Assembly: GCA_008632985.1 (NCBI GenBank)
Contig: QPGO01000051.1
Span: 124,001-188,000 of the forward strand
Direction of reading: 5' to 3'
Source of the DNA: Psammoneis japonica
Taxonomy: Eukaryota
DNA length: 64,000 nt
Both the position numbers and the translations under genes were made by a program. Shown here piece by piece: positions 38,449 to 50,878 of this stretch. Position 1 is the stretch's first letter. Every line of letters starts with the position of its first letter. The notes below the pieces were generated by a model. That model made no database searches and was not told the DNA's origin. It worked only from the letters and a program-made list of their open reading frames with translations.

Positions 38449-38735
38449 TTAAATTTTCGAAATTTGGCGGGAAATGTGAATTCGTTATATACGTCGTTAC
38501 AGATAATTCATTCAAAGATCTATCGTGGTACGATCTTTCGTAGGCTTTACATACGTAGAATTTGTACCAATTCAACGAGTGTCAACGTCGACATCATGCA
38601 TCCCCACAGCCACACACACAAAGACGACAGGCACACAACGCAAGCATCACAACACACCTCTCACTTCTTTCTCGAAGAGATTCCTCATTTTTCTTATTTC
38701 TCACCATTCGCCCTACATTGTCCCGATCCTCACCC

Positions 38736-40637
38736 ATGAATGTCGACGGCGAAGACGAAAAGACCGCTGTGTCTGGCAGCGCGCATGTAGAAATGGAAGA
38801 GGAAAGTCCCGTGCAAGAAGCTGTAGGTATGGGTATGGCAGTTGATAGCGAGAAACCGCCGACAGAGGACGATGCTGTTGAGGCGGCCGCACCTGACAAC
38901 TTGGAGGCAGAAAAGGAACCAGGGCCACCTGTAAATGAGGAATCAGGGAGTATGGCGATGGCTGAGGAACATAGACCGCAAGAAGATGACGCTGATAAGG
39001 CTACAGAGTCTGGCAGCATGGAGGCAGAAAAGGAACAAGAACCTCCCGTCGAAGAAACGGCCAGCATGGCGATTGACAGCGAGAAACAAAACGACGATGA
39101 ACCTGAAATACCAGAGCCACCATCTCTGGATAACGTCGATAAAACTGGTGACGACCTGTCAATCTCTTCCTCCTCTACAACCTCGACTGAAGGAAGTGAC
39201 AAGAACGATTCTCCTGATGGAGAAGGTGATGGCACGCAGGATCCCCATGAAGCCATGGTCAAGGCTGTATCGTTCAAGGAAGAGGGGAATGCCTTCTTTA
39301 AGGAGGGCGATTATATCAAGGCTTCCCGCATGTATCGACGAGGTGTGTCGATTCTGAAGAAGTTAAATCAGAATGATGAACAAGTCCTAGCCTTGCTGCT
39401 CACCCTACAGACGAATCAGAGTATGGTTTGTTTCAAAATGGGAAAATATAAGCAGAGTCGTGATGTGGCGACCAAGGCACTCGAATTAGATTCATCCCAC
39501 GTCAAGGCTTTGTACCGACGTGCCGTGGCTCATCGTCAACTCGGGGACTACGACAAGGCCAAGGACGATCTCAGGGCTGCCTTGGCGCTGGATGAAAACA
39601 ACGTCAGTGTCAAGAAGGAACTCGTATCGCTCAAAAAGCATTTACAACAAGTCCAAAAACGCGAGAAGATGCAAATGCAAAAAGCATTCTCGTCGTCCGT
39701 CTTGTACAAGGACAAGCAAGAAGAGGAAGCGAAAAAGTTGCAACGACAACGAGAGGAAGAACGGCGGAAAAGGGAAGAACTGGAAAAACGCAAGCTTCAG
39801 TGGGAGGATGAGTGTGTCAAGCGAATGGCCAACAACGAAGAAGCCATTTCGTTTGAAGATTGGGAAGAAGAAGAAGACGAACGTAAGAAAGAGGAAGCGA
39901 AAAAGGAGGAAGAAAAGCGAAAACAGCAGGAAAAGGAGCGAAAGGAAGCGCGGCGCAAAGCACGACTGCAACGAAAAGAGGAGAGCGATGACGACAACGA
40001 GGAATTCACAGCTGAAGAGTTGGCCTTGATGAAGGGATACAAAAAGACAAAAGACGGACGCACCACCAGCTACTTTACGAGAGAACAATCGGACCATGAA
40101 AAGAAGTTAATTGGTGATATTGCTCCGAAACGCATTACGGAACCTGCGGCCAACCTGCAGACGTCCAATACTAGCAGTGCTTCGTCAGCATGGAATCAAG
40201 CTGGGACTTGGGAAGAACGAGACACAACCGACTGGTGTATGGAGCGTCTTAAATCTCACTTGAGGGGTGCGAAACATGCCAATGATGATTCGCAAGTAGC
40301 TGCGGTCACGGCCGTCAAGGACTTGACGGGACACGCGTCCGTCGCTGTGTTGGCGGGAGAAAAGAAGAGATACATTTTTGACTTTCATGCAAAACTTGAT
40401 TATGAAATCAAAAGCACTGATGATACAGTTGTTGCGAGCTCCCAGTTACATCTTCCGGATATTTCTAGCGTATCGGCATCCTTGCACCACGAGCTAGAAA
40501 TCCTTCCTCAATCTTGGAAAACTCTAGACACAGAAGAGATTGGAATGGATGTCATCAGCCAGTGTCGGGATGGCCTTGTCCAAGCTGTTCGTGACTCGGT
40601 ACTGTCGTTTGTCAAGGATTTTAACGAGCACTATTAG
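38736..40637 (+). CDS. TPR + AHA1 N-terminal-domain protein (Hsp90 co-chaperone)
   Basis: FKEEGNAFFK...KALYRRA TPRs; GYKKTKDGRTTSYF; SAWNQAGTWEERD...KKRYIFDF (Aha1_N-like). Confidence 0.85.
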   Translation: MNVDGEDEKTAVSGSAHVEMEEESPVQEAVGMGMAVDSEKPPTEDDAVEAAAPDNLEAEKEPGPPVNEESGSMAMAEEHRPQEDDADKATESGSMEAEKEQEPPVEETASMAIDSEKQNDDEPEIPEPPSLDNVDKTGDDLSISSSSTTSTEGSDKNDSPDGEGDGTQDPHEAMVKAVSFKEEGNAFFKEGDYIKASRMYRRGVSILKKLNQNDEQVLALLLTLQTNQSMVCFKMGKYKQSRDVATKALELDSSHVKALYRRAVAHRQLGDYDKAKDDLRAALALDENNVSVKKELVSLKKHLQQVQKREKMQMQKAFSSSVLYKDKQEEEAKKLQRQREEERRKREELEKRKLQWEDECVKRMANNEEAISFEDWEEEEDERKKEEAKKEEEKRKQQEKERKEARRKARLQRKEESDDDNEEFTAEELALMKGYKKTKDGRTTSYFTREQSDHEKKLIGDIAPKRITEPAANLQTSNTSSASSAWNQAGTWEERDTTDWCMERLKSHLRGAKHANDDSQVAAVTAVKDLTGHASVAVLAGEKKRYIFDFHAKLDYEIKSTDDTVVASSQLHLPDISSVSASLHHELEILPQSWKTLDTEEIGMDVISQCRDGLVQAVRDSVLSFVKDFNEHY

Positions 40638-41329
40638 TCCGAGGGTGCTGAGGTTATGATTTGCTTGTGGATGGACAGGGCTGACTAGGCATACGTTAGC
40701 GGGGTGAGTGAGACACAGAAATTTGAAATTAGAAATCTCTAGAGAATCTCCCATAGTGTACGATGTCAATTCGTTCGTGGTTATACTTCTGGAGAGAAGT
40801 CAAATCTACTGGAATAGCTCAAGATGCGAGAGTGCAGCAAGCCACCGGTAATAGCTTCACTTATGGTACCCGAAAAAATAGCTTCACTTATGGTACCCGC
40901 GGCCCCTCCTCTCTCTGGAGAGAGCAAGTACAACACTGCAATAATTTTAGGGATACACAGATAACGAGATTCTCTTGATGCCAAAAGGGTTAAGTAATGT
41001 TGTAGGAAAACTATTGATTCCGCCACTCGCTTGGCCGAATGGGTAGAACAGTCGTTGGTATCCTCTCGTCGCTCTTTGTCTCTCTCTATTCCATCTGTAC
41101 TTGGTCAGTACAGCCCACCAAGGTCTTACGGAGGAGCGCCTATGGAATAGGATCTAGACAGAACAGGAGCAGAAAGAATCAATGGGTGCAACTAAGACCA
41201 TCATATCTTTCATAGTTTCACATCTTAACAGTTACAAATATGGCTCCCGTTCAAGCATCATTTCGATACAAGCGCATCACTGTTAACGGTCTCATCCTTA
41301 TCCACTTACAAACGAGCACAAACGGTCAC

Positions 41330-42244
41330 TCAAGCGTCATCAGCGGTCGTTCGGGCCCTTTTCTTCTTTGGGGTAGCATTGCCGTTTTCACCAAACGCAT
41401 TCTGAAAGGCTCGAACCTTTTCCTGCTGCGTCTTCACGTCTTGCTGTGCCGCCTTTAGCTTGGCCTCGCTTTCCGATACTTTCTGCTTGAGCTTGGCTTC
41501 CGCTTCCTCCATGGCTCCATCTACCACTGCCTGATCAAGTTCGGCCATTTCGTCATGAAGCTTCTTCATGAGATAGCCACCGTAAAGAGACACACGAGAC
41601 GGTGTCTTCCTGTCCTGGATCTTGGACAAGAGTGAGGGAAACCTGTGACTCTTTTCCGCTGCCTTGATTACGTCGACCGCATTGTATTTGATCGCCCTTC
41701 CAACCTTTTCTCCGTCGACATCTTTGAGATTGCTGTCATGGAGGAAAAAGTCGGATTTTGCGGCAGTCTTGGAAAGCTGGTCGGATTTGATATCTTCTTG
41801 GATGGTGGCTCCATTGACGCCGTCGCAAAGGGAGAAAATCGTCTCGATCTGTTGTACAACGTTGCGTCGATCCTCCTTTGCTTTCATTTGCACCTTTGCC
41901 GCTTCTTGTTCTGCCAGCTTTCGTTGCTCTTCTTCCTTTTGCATTCGTTCATATGCTTCTTCACCAAGTTCCGCAATGAGCTTCTTGCGTTCTTATTCCT
42001 TCTTTTCGTTGACAAGCTTTTGCTTGAGAGCAAGAACATCCGAAACTTTGACGACAGCATAGCAATTTCCATAGGCGGATCGCCACTGGCATTTGAGTTT
42101 CCCATCAACGCACTCTTGTTCCGTCACGCCATACATGTCACATGCATTCTTCAAGCTCATGGTTTCTCCTTTCCTTTGCCATGCCGATGTTGACGGAGCA
42201 ACACGACGAGCACTGCTGTACGAACCGCGATATCCCCAGCCCAT
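41330..42244 (-). pseudogene. Hypothetical coiled-coil protein with in-frame TAA at 41993-41995
   Basis: ORFs 41993-42262 and 41330-41944 share a frame and are separated by a single stop (EKKE*ERKKL). Confidence 0.55.
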
Positions 42245-42439
42245 TGTTTTCTTGATGGCCAAAGTTAGTTTGATGAATTTTGTGAATGCGATGAATGATG
42301 ATGGATTTGCACGGCAAATTCAAAATAGTGAAGGCGCGCCAAAAAAAAAAATCGTTTCCAGTGCTTTTCAAATCAGTCTTGCCACTGCCAATGCAAAAAA
42401 GCACGCATGACGCAAAGTACAAAAAAACACTGTAAAATC

Positions 42440-45400
42440 ATGATTCAGAAAAGGTGATGATGGTTGTGATGCCAATGACAATGAGCCACTGAGATGCAAC
42501 AAGCATCATCAATGAACATGCAGGTGGAGAAAAGCCGTTGTGTCGTCTTCGTCTCTGGAAAACACAGCTGCTCTTGTTGTTGCTCTTGTTGTTCAGAACA
42601 TTGAGATTTTTTTTACCAGAAGCATGTGTTCTCTTTGAGAACTCATTCATTGTGAACAAATTGATTTTGACAATTGGCCAAATCAGTGAAGCAGAAAAAC
42701 TGGACTTAAGGAAATTTGGTCTGACAGTGCATGGCCTCTTGACAAGACTCATTTTGAACTTGGCACCAGCAACCACACAGCACAAAACAACTGGGTTGTG
42801 AAAAATCGGCTGCCAATTGTTGATCACCAAATTGTCAAGAAGCAGAGTCCACAATGAGCAAGAAACATGGCTCATTTCTTGGCACACATGCCCAAGTCAA
42901 CCCAATCAATTGTTGATGTTCGCTGGCTCCATGCTGACAATTTGAGTCACTCACTTGCCAGCTGGATGGTGTGCATTTTGCAACTTTGGTTTCTGACAAT
43001 GTTTGCTTTCAGCCCTGGCAACATCTGATGCATGCTCTCATGCTCTCGTTCCATGCTGTCATTCTGTTGCGCTTTTGCTCCCTCTGTTTTTCAAGCTGTG
43101 CCATCCAATCATCTGCCCCATTGCCTCTTGCATTCTGTCTCACATGTGTTGGCATTCTTGGCTGTGCTGAAATCACATCATGCCCCAATTTTTTGTGTTT
43201 CAAAAAGGAGAGTCACTTTTTGTGACAGTTTTTTGTTGTGAGATGTGAGAGCAAAATCTCTGGCAAAACACAGCAGAGAAGTTGTCAGCTCAACATGTTT
43301 CCTTTGGCAATTGTGGCACAAATGCTGCTGTTTCTTCTCACCTGTGTGCAACATTGCAGCACTTTGGTTTTTGTCCTTGGCTGTTTTTGTCAACTTGTCT
43401 GAGCTTTAACAAATGAAAAAAAGCATGAAAGAAAAGCGTCAGTTTGTTGTTGTTTGTTGCAAGCTCATTTCTGACCTCTTGCCTTTCCTGCGGCATTTCT
43501 TTGCTGGGGTGTGTGTGGAGTTCTTCTGGGTGTTGTTGGTGCCTCTTCCTGCAATGTCGCCATTGTTTGTGTGCAGCTTGTGGACACATCCTGTGGCTTT
43601 GTGTTGCTTTTTGTGACAGCAATGTGTTTTTTGGGACAGAGCCAAGCCAGTTGGCTTGGCAATCATTGTTTGCATCATTTTTTAAGTTGAGATTTTTTGA
43701 AGCCTTTTGCTGCATCCCAATCCTTTGAATCAACTTGAATGAGTCATTTTGTTGGTCTTCATTGCCAAAGCATTTCACTTGTGAACTCTCACTCACTCAG
43801 CAGCTGGATGTCAAGCATTGTTTCAATCAGATGCAGCACATTTGTTTTCAAAGAAGATTTGTGTCTCAGGAGTTTTCATTGTCTCAGTCAGCTCTTGTCA
43901 CTCTCAAGAATGAAATTTCACATTTGCGACAGTCCACGCAGTTTGTTTGTTTGTGTGAGGGTGCCATTGCTGCTGATCTTTGCAACCAATCCACACTCAC
44001 ACACAAGCTGGGTGTGTGCCTGCAAAGAGCCAGAGCAGCAGCTCCCAGAGATGTGGGGGCGCTGCAGCACCTCCTGTCAATGTCAGTCCTCCCCAACAAG
44101 CACTTGCACATGCCAGTGTGGTCTTGTCCCCAGCATGTCACAGTGCAGACTTGAGCTTCACAGTTTCAGAGCAAAGTTTCTCCATGATGGCATCAACCAA
44201 CCCAACAAGCAACAGCAACAGACTGAGGGCACCTGGCAGTCTCTGGTGAAACTGTGGCTGAGCATCCAGCAGTGCAAGGCTGATGGTGTTTTGCACCTGT
44301 GGCACCCTGTCATGCCCTCCCACCAGCCAGAAGCACACTTCAAACTTGCAATTCCAGAATGAAATGACCCCATGATGGCACCAACCAGCCTGACAACTGC
44401 AAGCTGAGGGTGCTGGCAGTGTGTGGTTGACTGCAGGTGACACCTGGAGAGCTGTGATTGAGTGTTGCAAGGTTGATGTTGTTGTGTTGGGGCCCCATGT
44501 CACCTTGTCCCCAACAGCAGCAGACTTGACTTTCCAAACTCCAGAGTGCAGAGATCTCATGACGATGCCCAGCCAACCTGATGACTGCAAGCTGAGGGCA
44601 TTGGTGCTGTCCCTGGTGGAACCCAGATGACAAAGAGCTGTGGGCCAGCTGGACAACACAAAAGGTTGGTGTTGTGGCTCCATGTCACTTTGTCCCCAAC
44701 AAGAGCAAACTTGAACTTCCAAACTCCAGCAGAGTGAAAGGACCCCATGATGACAGCACCAACAAACCTGCAACAACAACAGGCTGAGGGCATTGTGGCT
44801 CCACATCATGTTGTGGCAAACAGCAGCAAACTTCTTGAGCTTCCAAAATTCAGAGTGAAAGGACCCCATGGCAGTGCCAACCAACCTGCCAACAGCAAGC
44901 TGAGGGCATTGGTGATCTCTGGTGGACTCCAGGAGGAGACACTCCAAGAACTGTTGCTGGGCACTGCAACAGGTCAATCTTGAAGTGTTGTGGCCCCAGC
45001 ATGTCACCTTGTCCCCAACAGGAGCAGACTTGGACTTCCAAACTCTAGAGTGAAAGGACCCCATGACAGCGCCAATCGACTTGAAAACAGCAAGCTGTGG
45101 GCATTGGTGGTCTCTGGCTTGTGCCAGGTGACACTTTGGGAACTGTGGCTGGACATTGCAAGGTCCATGCAGAATTGTCATGGCCCTGTCTCACCTTGTC
45201 CCCAACAGCAGCAGACTTGACTTTCCAAACTCCAGAGTGCAGGGATCCCATGACAGCACCAACCAACCCAACAACTGCACCAGCAGAGGACACTGGCAGT
45301 GTCGGATGGACGAAGGATGAGACTTCAAGATCTGTTGTTGGGCATTGCAAGGTTGATCTTGTTGTGACATTGTGAGCACATTGTGTCACCTCTTGTTCCC

Positions 45401-48400
45401 AACAGCAGCAGGCTTGACTTTCCCAGCTCCAGAGTGCAAGGATCCCATGATGGTGTGAACCAACCTGACAACTGCCAGCAGAGGGCATTGGTGATCTCCT
45501 CCAGTGGACCCCAGGGGATGCGTTTTGAACTGTGGCTGGTCATTGCAAGGTTGATCTTGAAGCGTTGTGGCTGCATGTCATGTTGTGCCCAGCAGCAGCA
45601 GACTTGAACTTCCAAGCTGAAGAGCAACATGACCCCATGACAGCACCAACCAACCAACCTGTCAACAGCAAGCTGAGAAACACCTGCGGTGTCTGGTGCA
45701 CACCAGATGACACTTTGAGAGCTGTGGCTGGACATTGCAAGGTTGATCTTGTGGTGTCATGACCACATGTCACCTTGCTCCCAGCAGCAGCAGACCTGAA
45801 TTGCTCTTTCAAAGGTTTGATTGCTGAGTGGCAGCATGTGAGCAAAACTTCAAAAAGCAATGGAGCAGTGCCAGAAATGCAGAGTTGTTTTGCAGTGGCA
45901 AAATGACTTGAGGAGGAGAATGGAGAAATTTGCAGTGGCAATTTTAAAACAAGTTTCTCTCTTTGTTGGAAGCAACAAGAAAGAACTGCAATGAATGGGC
46001 ACCCTTCTTCTTTCATTTCATGACCCTGATCCAGCAAAGTTCAAGCAAGAGTGGTTCTTGTGCAGGAGGGTTGGTTGGGATGTGAGACAGAAATCAGAAA
46101 TGTGAAAAAACTGAGCTTTGTTGATTGCATGCCACTCAATTTTGGTGGAGGCCATTGCAGCCTTGCCAAGCTTTCCTGCTGTGAGTTGTTGAGAGTGAGT
46201 CTTTGTGGCAAGTCTCATTGATGACACACTTGTTCTTGCAATGTGGTGTCAATCATCCATGCTGACTTTGCTTGAAATTTCAATGTTAAATGAGTGTTCT
46301 GTCTCACCAAAGAGCCTTGGTTGCAGCAACTGCCACTCATGCAATCTGGCTCCTGGAGCCAAGTGTGCCAACAAGCAAGTTGGCACCAGTGTTTGGACAA
46401 GCATGGCATCCAAAGAACCCTCTGCAATCTTCTGAGAAGAGACAAAAATGATGAATCATTCACAGAGCAACAAGAAAGAGCTGCGCAGACATTGGAAATG
46501 ATTTGGAGCTCACTGGCTGAAATTCACTGCTGCCACAGGAGCTGAAACAGAGAGCAGTGTGCAAGCATGGACCAAAAACAAAAAACACAAAATCAAATTC
46601 CAGCCATGTCAGCCCAGACAACTTCTTGGCACCCCAAAAAGTGTTTGTGGGTTGCCAGTCAACAGCTTCAAAATGGCATTGAATGAAGTGCAGATTGGCC
46701 CACACACTGTGATCTGGGTTGGTGTTGGAATTTGTCAGATTGTGATGTGACGACAAGGTTGAGCCAGTTGATGAGCATTTCTGGCAACAGGAAGCATGAA
46801 TGATGATGGGGGTTGAATGACATGGCAATTGTGGGGGCTTTTTGACTTTGCAAATTGGGCCCTGCAGTGCAAATTGACATTGGACAGAAGGAAAGAATTC
46901 AAGTTTGCAATTGCATTGTCTGTCAAAAGGAGATTGGCTCAACAAGAAGCTCATTTTGAATGGAGAGTCTTTTCATTTTGCAGCAGGGGTGCGCCATTGT
47001 CATGCAAACAGCAGATCAGTGGCTGAGTTGTGTGGTGCCCAATGCAACAAAAAGACAAATGCAGCAAAAGAAGACTGAAAACACACACAATGGGCAATCA
47101 AGCTGAAGCTCTTCCAAGCTCACAAATCAACTCAGATGAACAAGATGATGCTGGGCCACAAAACAAAACATTGCAAATCCACCACCATTGGAAAAATCAA
47201 CTCTCAGCAACCTTGAATGACAACTTTGGCAATGCCAGATTTGTGGCTGAAAATGAGGCAGTGACAGAACATTGTTCAGAGTCATCATGGTCACAGAGAC
47301 CGCCGTGGTTGAATGTTGAAAAAATGTGACACTTGTGGAGAGTCAATCACAGGATTTTGTGGATCTTCTCATCAAGAGCAGGAACATGTCACAGGTTGAA
47401 GACATTGTTTTGAGCACTCTTTTGACTGGCTGCCTCCTGAGCACAGCTCCTCACAGCCCTCACTTCTTGTTTGTCAGCATTGTGGGTTCAGCCCTTTTGG
47501 TGTTTGGAGCAAACTGGAGCTGCTCTTTTGCCTCTGCTGCTGGTTGTGGTGATTTTTGCAATGGCAAGCACTTCTGCTGTGCTGCAACAAGCAAAAGACC
47601 AGGCAAGAAAGGCCATGTTGTGGCATGGCAATGGGTGAAAGCTGAAAGGTGACAAGAACATGAGCACAGCCATTGCCAAAAGGAAAGAGAGATGCAAAAG
47701 GAAAAAGAGCTGCAAAAAATTAAACGAACACACTGCTGGGCCAAGAGCAGTGAAAAAAAAACCTCTGAAAGCCGCAACAGGGGACACCAAGGTGTGGTCC
47801 AACAAACCTTCCATGTGGAGGGGAAACAGCACAATGCAAATGACCCATGCACCATGCTGGGACCTGGGGCTGGAGAGCAACAATCAGCAAAGAACTGCCC
47901 TTTTCAGAGGGCACTCATTTGCCCTGCTGCTGAGTGGCAACAAGTTTGCCATTTCTCCCTGCCCAAGCTTGACCTCTTTGTGTTCTTCATCCCAAATGGC
48001 ACAAACACCCACAAGCCATGGAAGCCTTGTGGAGGTCCAGAGTGCCGCTGCCGTTTTGCACTGGATGCTCCATCAAATGGTGGTGTGTGGCCAGCTTGTG
48101 CAAAACAAGAAAGAACGGCACAGCAGAGCATGCACCAGTCATTGAGAAATGCAAGACTTGCTCATCCAAGTCTGAAGGCAACTTCTCTTGTTCTTCTTCA
48201 CTCATGTTGTTTTGATCAGATGTCCCACCCAAGTCATTGCTTGTGAACGGCGCAGACTCTGTGACTGTCCAGTGCTGCCACAAACTCCTCTTTCCTTTGC
48301 GGTGGCAGGCCTGATGAAAAAAAAGGCAAAAATGTCTTGTCCCAAAGCCAGATCTCTGAACAAACAACCACACATGCCATTTGCCCAAGTGGCTGAAGTC

Positions 48401-48585
48401 TCACAAAGAGAGCCCTCCATCCCATCCCCCCCAACTCCTTGGTGGCAATCTCCAAGCCTGTCCTCCTCTCACGAGCAAGAGGCCTGTGTTGTGGTTTGAA
48501 GTGCCCTCAGCTCCAAGCCTCCCCACAGGACACACAAGAAGGTTTTGAGACATCTGTGGTCCTCCTCCCGCGAACCCTCTCGCCT
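42440..48585. other. TpA-depleted hypermutated domain 3
   Basis: About 10 TA by eye in ~6.1 kb; CpG also very rare. Confidence 0.9.
44100..45805. repeat. Diverged tandem array of about 9 units of ~190 bp
   Basis: Anchor (GAC)CCCATGA recurs near 44181, 44368, 44556, 44743, 44864 (short unit), 45058, 45246, 45443 and 45633; TCACCTTGTCCCCAACAGCAGCAGACTTGA recurs in most units. Confidence 0.85.
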
Positions 48586-48780
48586 CTCTCGCTAGCTAGA
48601 GAGAGCATTCAAATGCTGCAACAGGCAGGGATGGGGCATTTCCCCGAGACAATGACGACTCGCGAGAACGCGATTCGCGCGCGTTCGCGGGCGGGGCAAA
48701 AAATTGCACACTTATCTTTTTCTTTGTCACCTTCTTTGCTCTCTCTACACTCATAGACGAAAAGTTAAATGGCTTAAAGA

Positions 48781-50475
48781 ATGTTTAGAAGAAGAATGGC
48801 ATGCTCCACGACTTCGATTCTTCAGCTTTTGCTTCTTCTTTGCCGCTGCTCCATCGCCTCCTTCGCACAAGAAACTCCTGCCATTCAAGTAGAAACGTTT
48901 GATGCTTCAGAAGTATTGCGACAAAATGTTTGTGAACGGCAAGTGTTATTGCATAATGGGACGGTACAGTTGCGAGACGCCCTGAAAGGGATACAACTTC
49001 GACCCCGTGTCAGTGGCGAAATCAAGAGAGACGCAGATACTGGCGCCATCAATGCCGATTATCCGGGTATTATTGGAGTTTTACTGGATGAATTAGCACT
49101 GCGGGGAGGATTTACGTGGCGTGATTCATATGGAATTGGGACTGGCGGGCGAAGATATCGGACCTTTGATGAATTATTAGAATGGAGTGTCGAACACTTT
49201 GATCTCATGGCAGGTGGTTGGACGGAAACGCTAGAAAGAATGAATCGAGGCATCATTTTCCCTGAAGGATGGAGGGATGGGAGCATTATTATGGTGGGAC
49301 TGGACGATTCGAAACAAAGCGAGCTGGATATATGGAGCTTTCTTGAACCATTTACAGCTGGCCTTTGGACCATGATTGGTGTTACCATTGTCGTGTCTGG
49401 ACTGGTGTATTATGCTTTGGAGCGTTTCAACCCAGATTCAGATGTACAAGTCTTGACAAGGCCCTCACAGTCAATATACTTGACTGCTCTGAGTTTCACA
49501 CAGCAGAGTGATTTTCAGCCACAGACTAATTATGCTCGAGTGTTTACCTGGAGTCTCATGTTTTGGTCTCTGATCATGGCGTCTGCATACACGGCAAATC
49601 TGGCGAGCTTTCTTGTGATTGACAACACGCCCGCTATACAAATCAAGACACTTGGAGATGCTGTTCGTCTGGGATTTCCATTGTGTGTTTGGGCTACGAC
49701 CGCTGATGATCGGATCGTTTCAACGGCGTATCCTCAAGCCAAACTCGTCCGAAAGACAAATTATCAAGAAATTTTCGATGGAATTCGACAAGGCGAATGT
49801 CGTTTGGCCGTTAGTTCGCTGAGTGATTGGGAAAGTCACAAGCAGCTGAGTGAAGTAAATGGAGACTGCACTCTCATTTGGATAGGAAGAGTCTTCAAAT
49901 TCGTACAAACTGGTTTCGCCACAGTCTCAGATTCAGGAACGCTTTGCACATCTTTGATAAGAGACGTTATTGACTTGCATATGAAAGAAATGAAAGAGGA
50001 AGGGGTCCTAGACAGAGAGTGGAAAAGTTACTTGGAGCGATCCGCAGATGTCGACTGTGAAAGTGAGGCCGACCTGGCCTCGGAGGACGGAGATTCGATT
50101 CGACTGTCGCTCCGAGACATGGCAGGCCTCTTCATTTTTCATGGCATATTGACAGGAGTGGCTGTTGTGATGTTTGTGTTTACTGCATATTTTGACAGGA
50201 AGAAATGTCGCTTTGTCAAAAGGGAGCCGAAAGGAAAATCCAGGAGGCAAGCGGCAGCATCAATCACTGATGCTCAAGGCATTGAGACTGATGATGACAT
50301 GGCCGCGACGGCGGCTAATGACGGTGTTCCAGTCAGTAGTTCGGTTGTTGTAAGTGAGCAGGCTTCGGATGCCAGGGCAGATGATCAGGAACTGCTAGAG
50401 TTACGAGATCAAATGCGCAAATGGGCCGCACTGCTGGACGAAAAGGTGCAGCAGCAAAAGGCCAACACCGCCTGA
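48781..50475 (+). CDS. Ionotropic glutamate receptor-like (GLR) channel
   Basis: Signal peptide; WSFLEPFTAGLW (pre-M1/M1); SAYTANLASFL (M3 gating motif); LSLRDMAGLF (M4). Confidence 0.9.
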   Translation: MFRRRMACSTTSILQLLLLLCRCSIASFAQETPAIQVETFDASEVLRQNVCERQVLLHNGTVQLRDALKGIQLRPRVSGEIKRDADTGAINADYPGIIGVLLDELALRGGFTWRDSYGIGTGGRRYRTFDELLEWSVEHFDLMAGGWTETLERMNRGIIFPEGWRDGSIIMVGLDDSKQSELDIWSFLEPFTAGLWTMIGVTIVVSGLVYYALERFNPDSDVQVLTRPSQSIYLTALSFTQQSDFQPQTNYARVFTWSLMFWSLIMASAYTANLASFLVIDNTPAIQIKTLGDAVRLGFPLCVWATTADDRIVSTAYPQAKLVRKTNYQEIFDGIRQGECRLAVSSLSDWESHKQLSEVNGDCTLIWIGRVFKFVQTGFATVSDSGTLCTSLIRDVIDLHMKEMKEEGVLDREWKSYLERSADVDCESEADLASEDGDSIRLSLRDMAGLFIFHGILTGVAVVMFVFTAYFDRKKCRFVKREPKGKSRRQAAASITDAQGIETDDDMAATAANDGVPVSSSVVVSEQASDARADDQELLELRDQMRKWAALLDEKVQQQKANTA

Positions 50476-50878
50476 CGACGACCAAGCAAAGTATGGGCTA
50501 CTAGTAGAGAGCTATCTTCTTTGACCATGGCTTGGCTTTGTTTTCCTTCGTCCCATTCGATCTTTCCTCTCAAGCACTCCATCATACAAATCTCGTTTCC
50601 AGATCTTCGAAGGCGTACTGTGTTCATCGATCAAATATTCGACATGGACTTATTACCAGAGCAATCTCCCGAAAGTACGGTGGCATTCTTTTGAACATGG
50701 ATGGTTATATTACAGGTATCATTACACAGCTTCAGCTCTCAAGCGCATCGCAGAGCTTGCTGATAACTAAATCTACACGAATTCCATCGCATCTACTGCC
50801 ACGAATTCCGAGCACACGAATTCCATCGCATCTACTGTCACGAATTCCGAGCAGTCCACGGATCCTTGAATCTTGGAA

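Noticed and set aside
42428..42440. CACTGTAAAA at the domain 3 edge as a CACTA/EnSpm terminus
   Set aside because: No matching inverted terminus was found at the other end.
44138..45735. ~190-bp array as a WD40 or LRR coding repeat
   Set aside because: The period is not consistently a multiple of 3 and the motifs are unconvincing in any frame.
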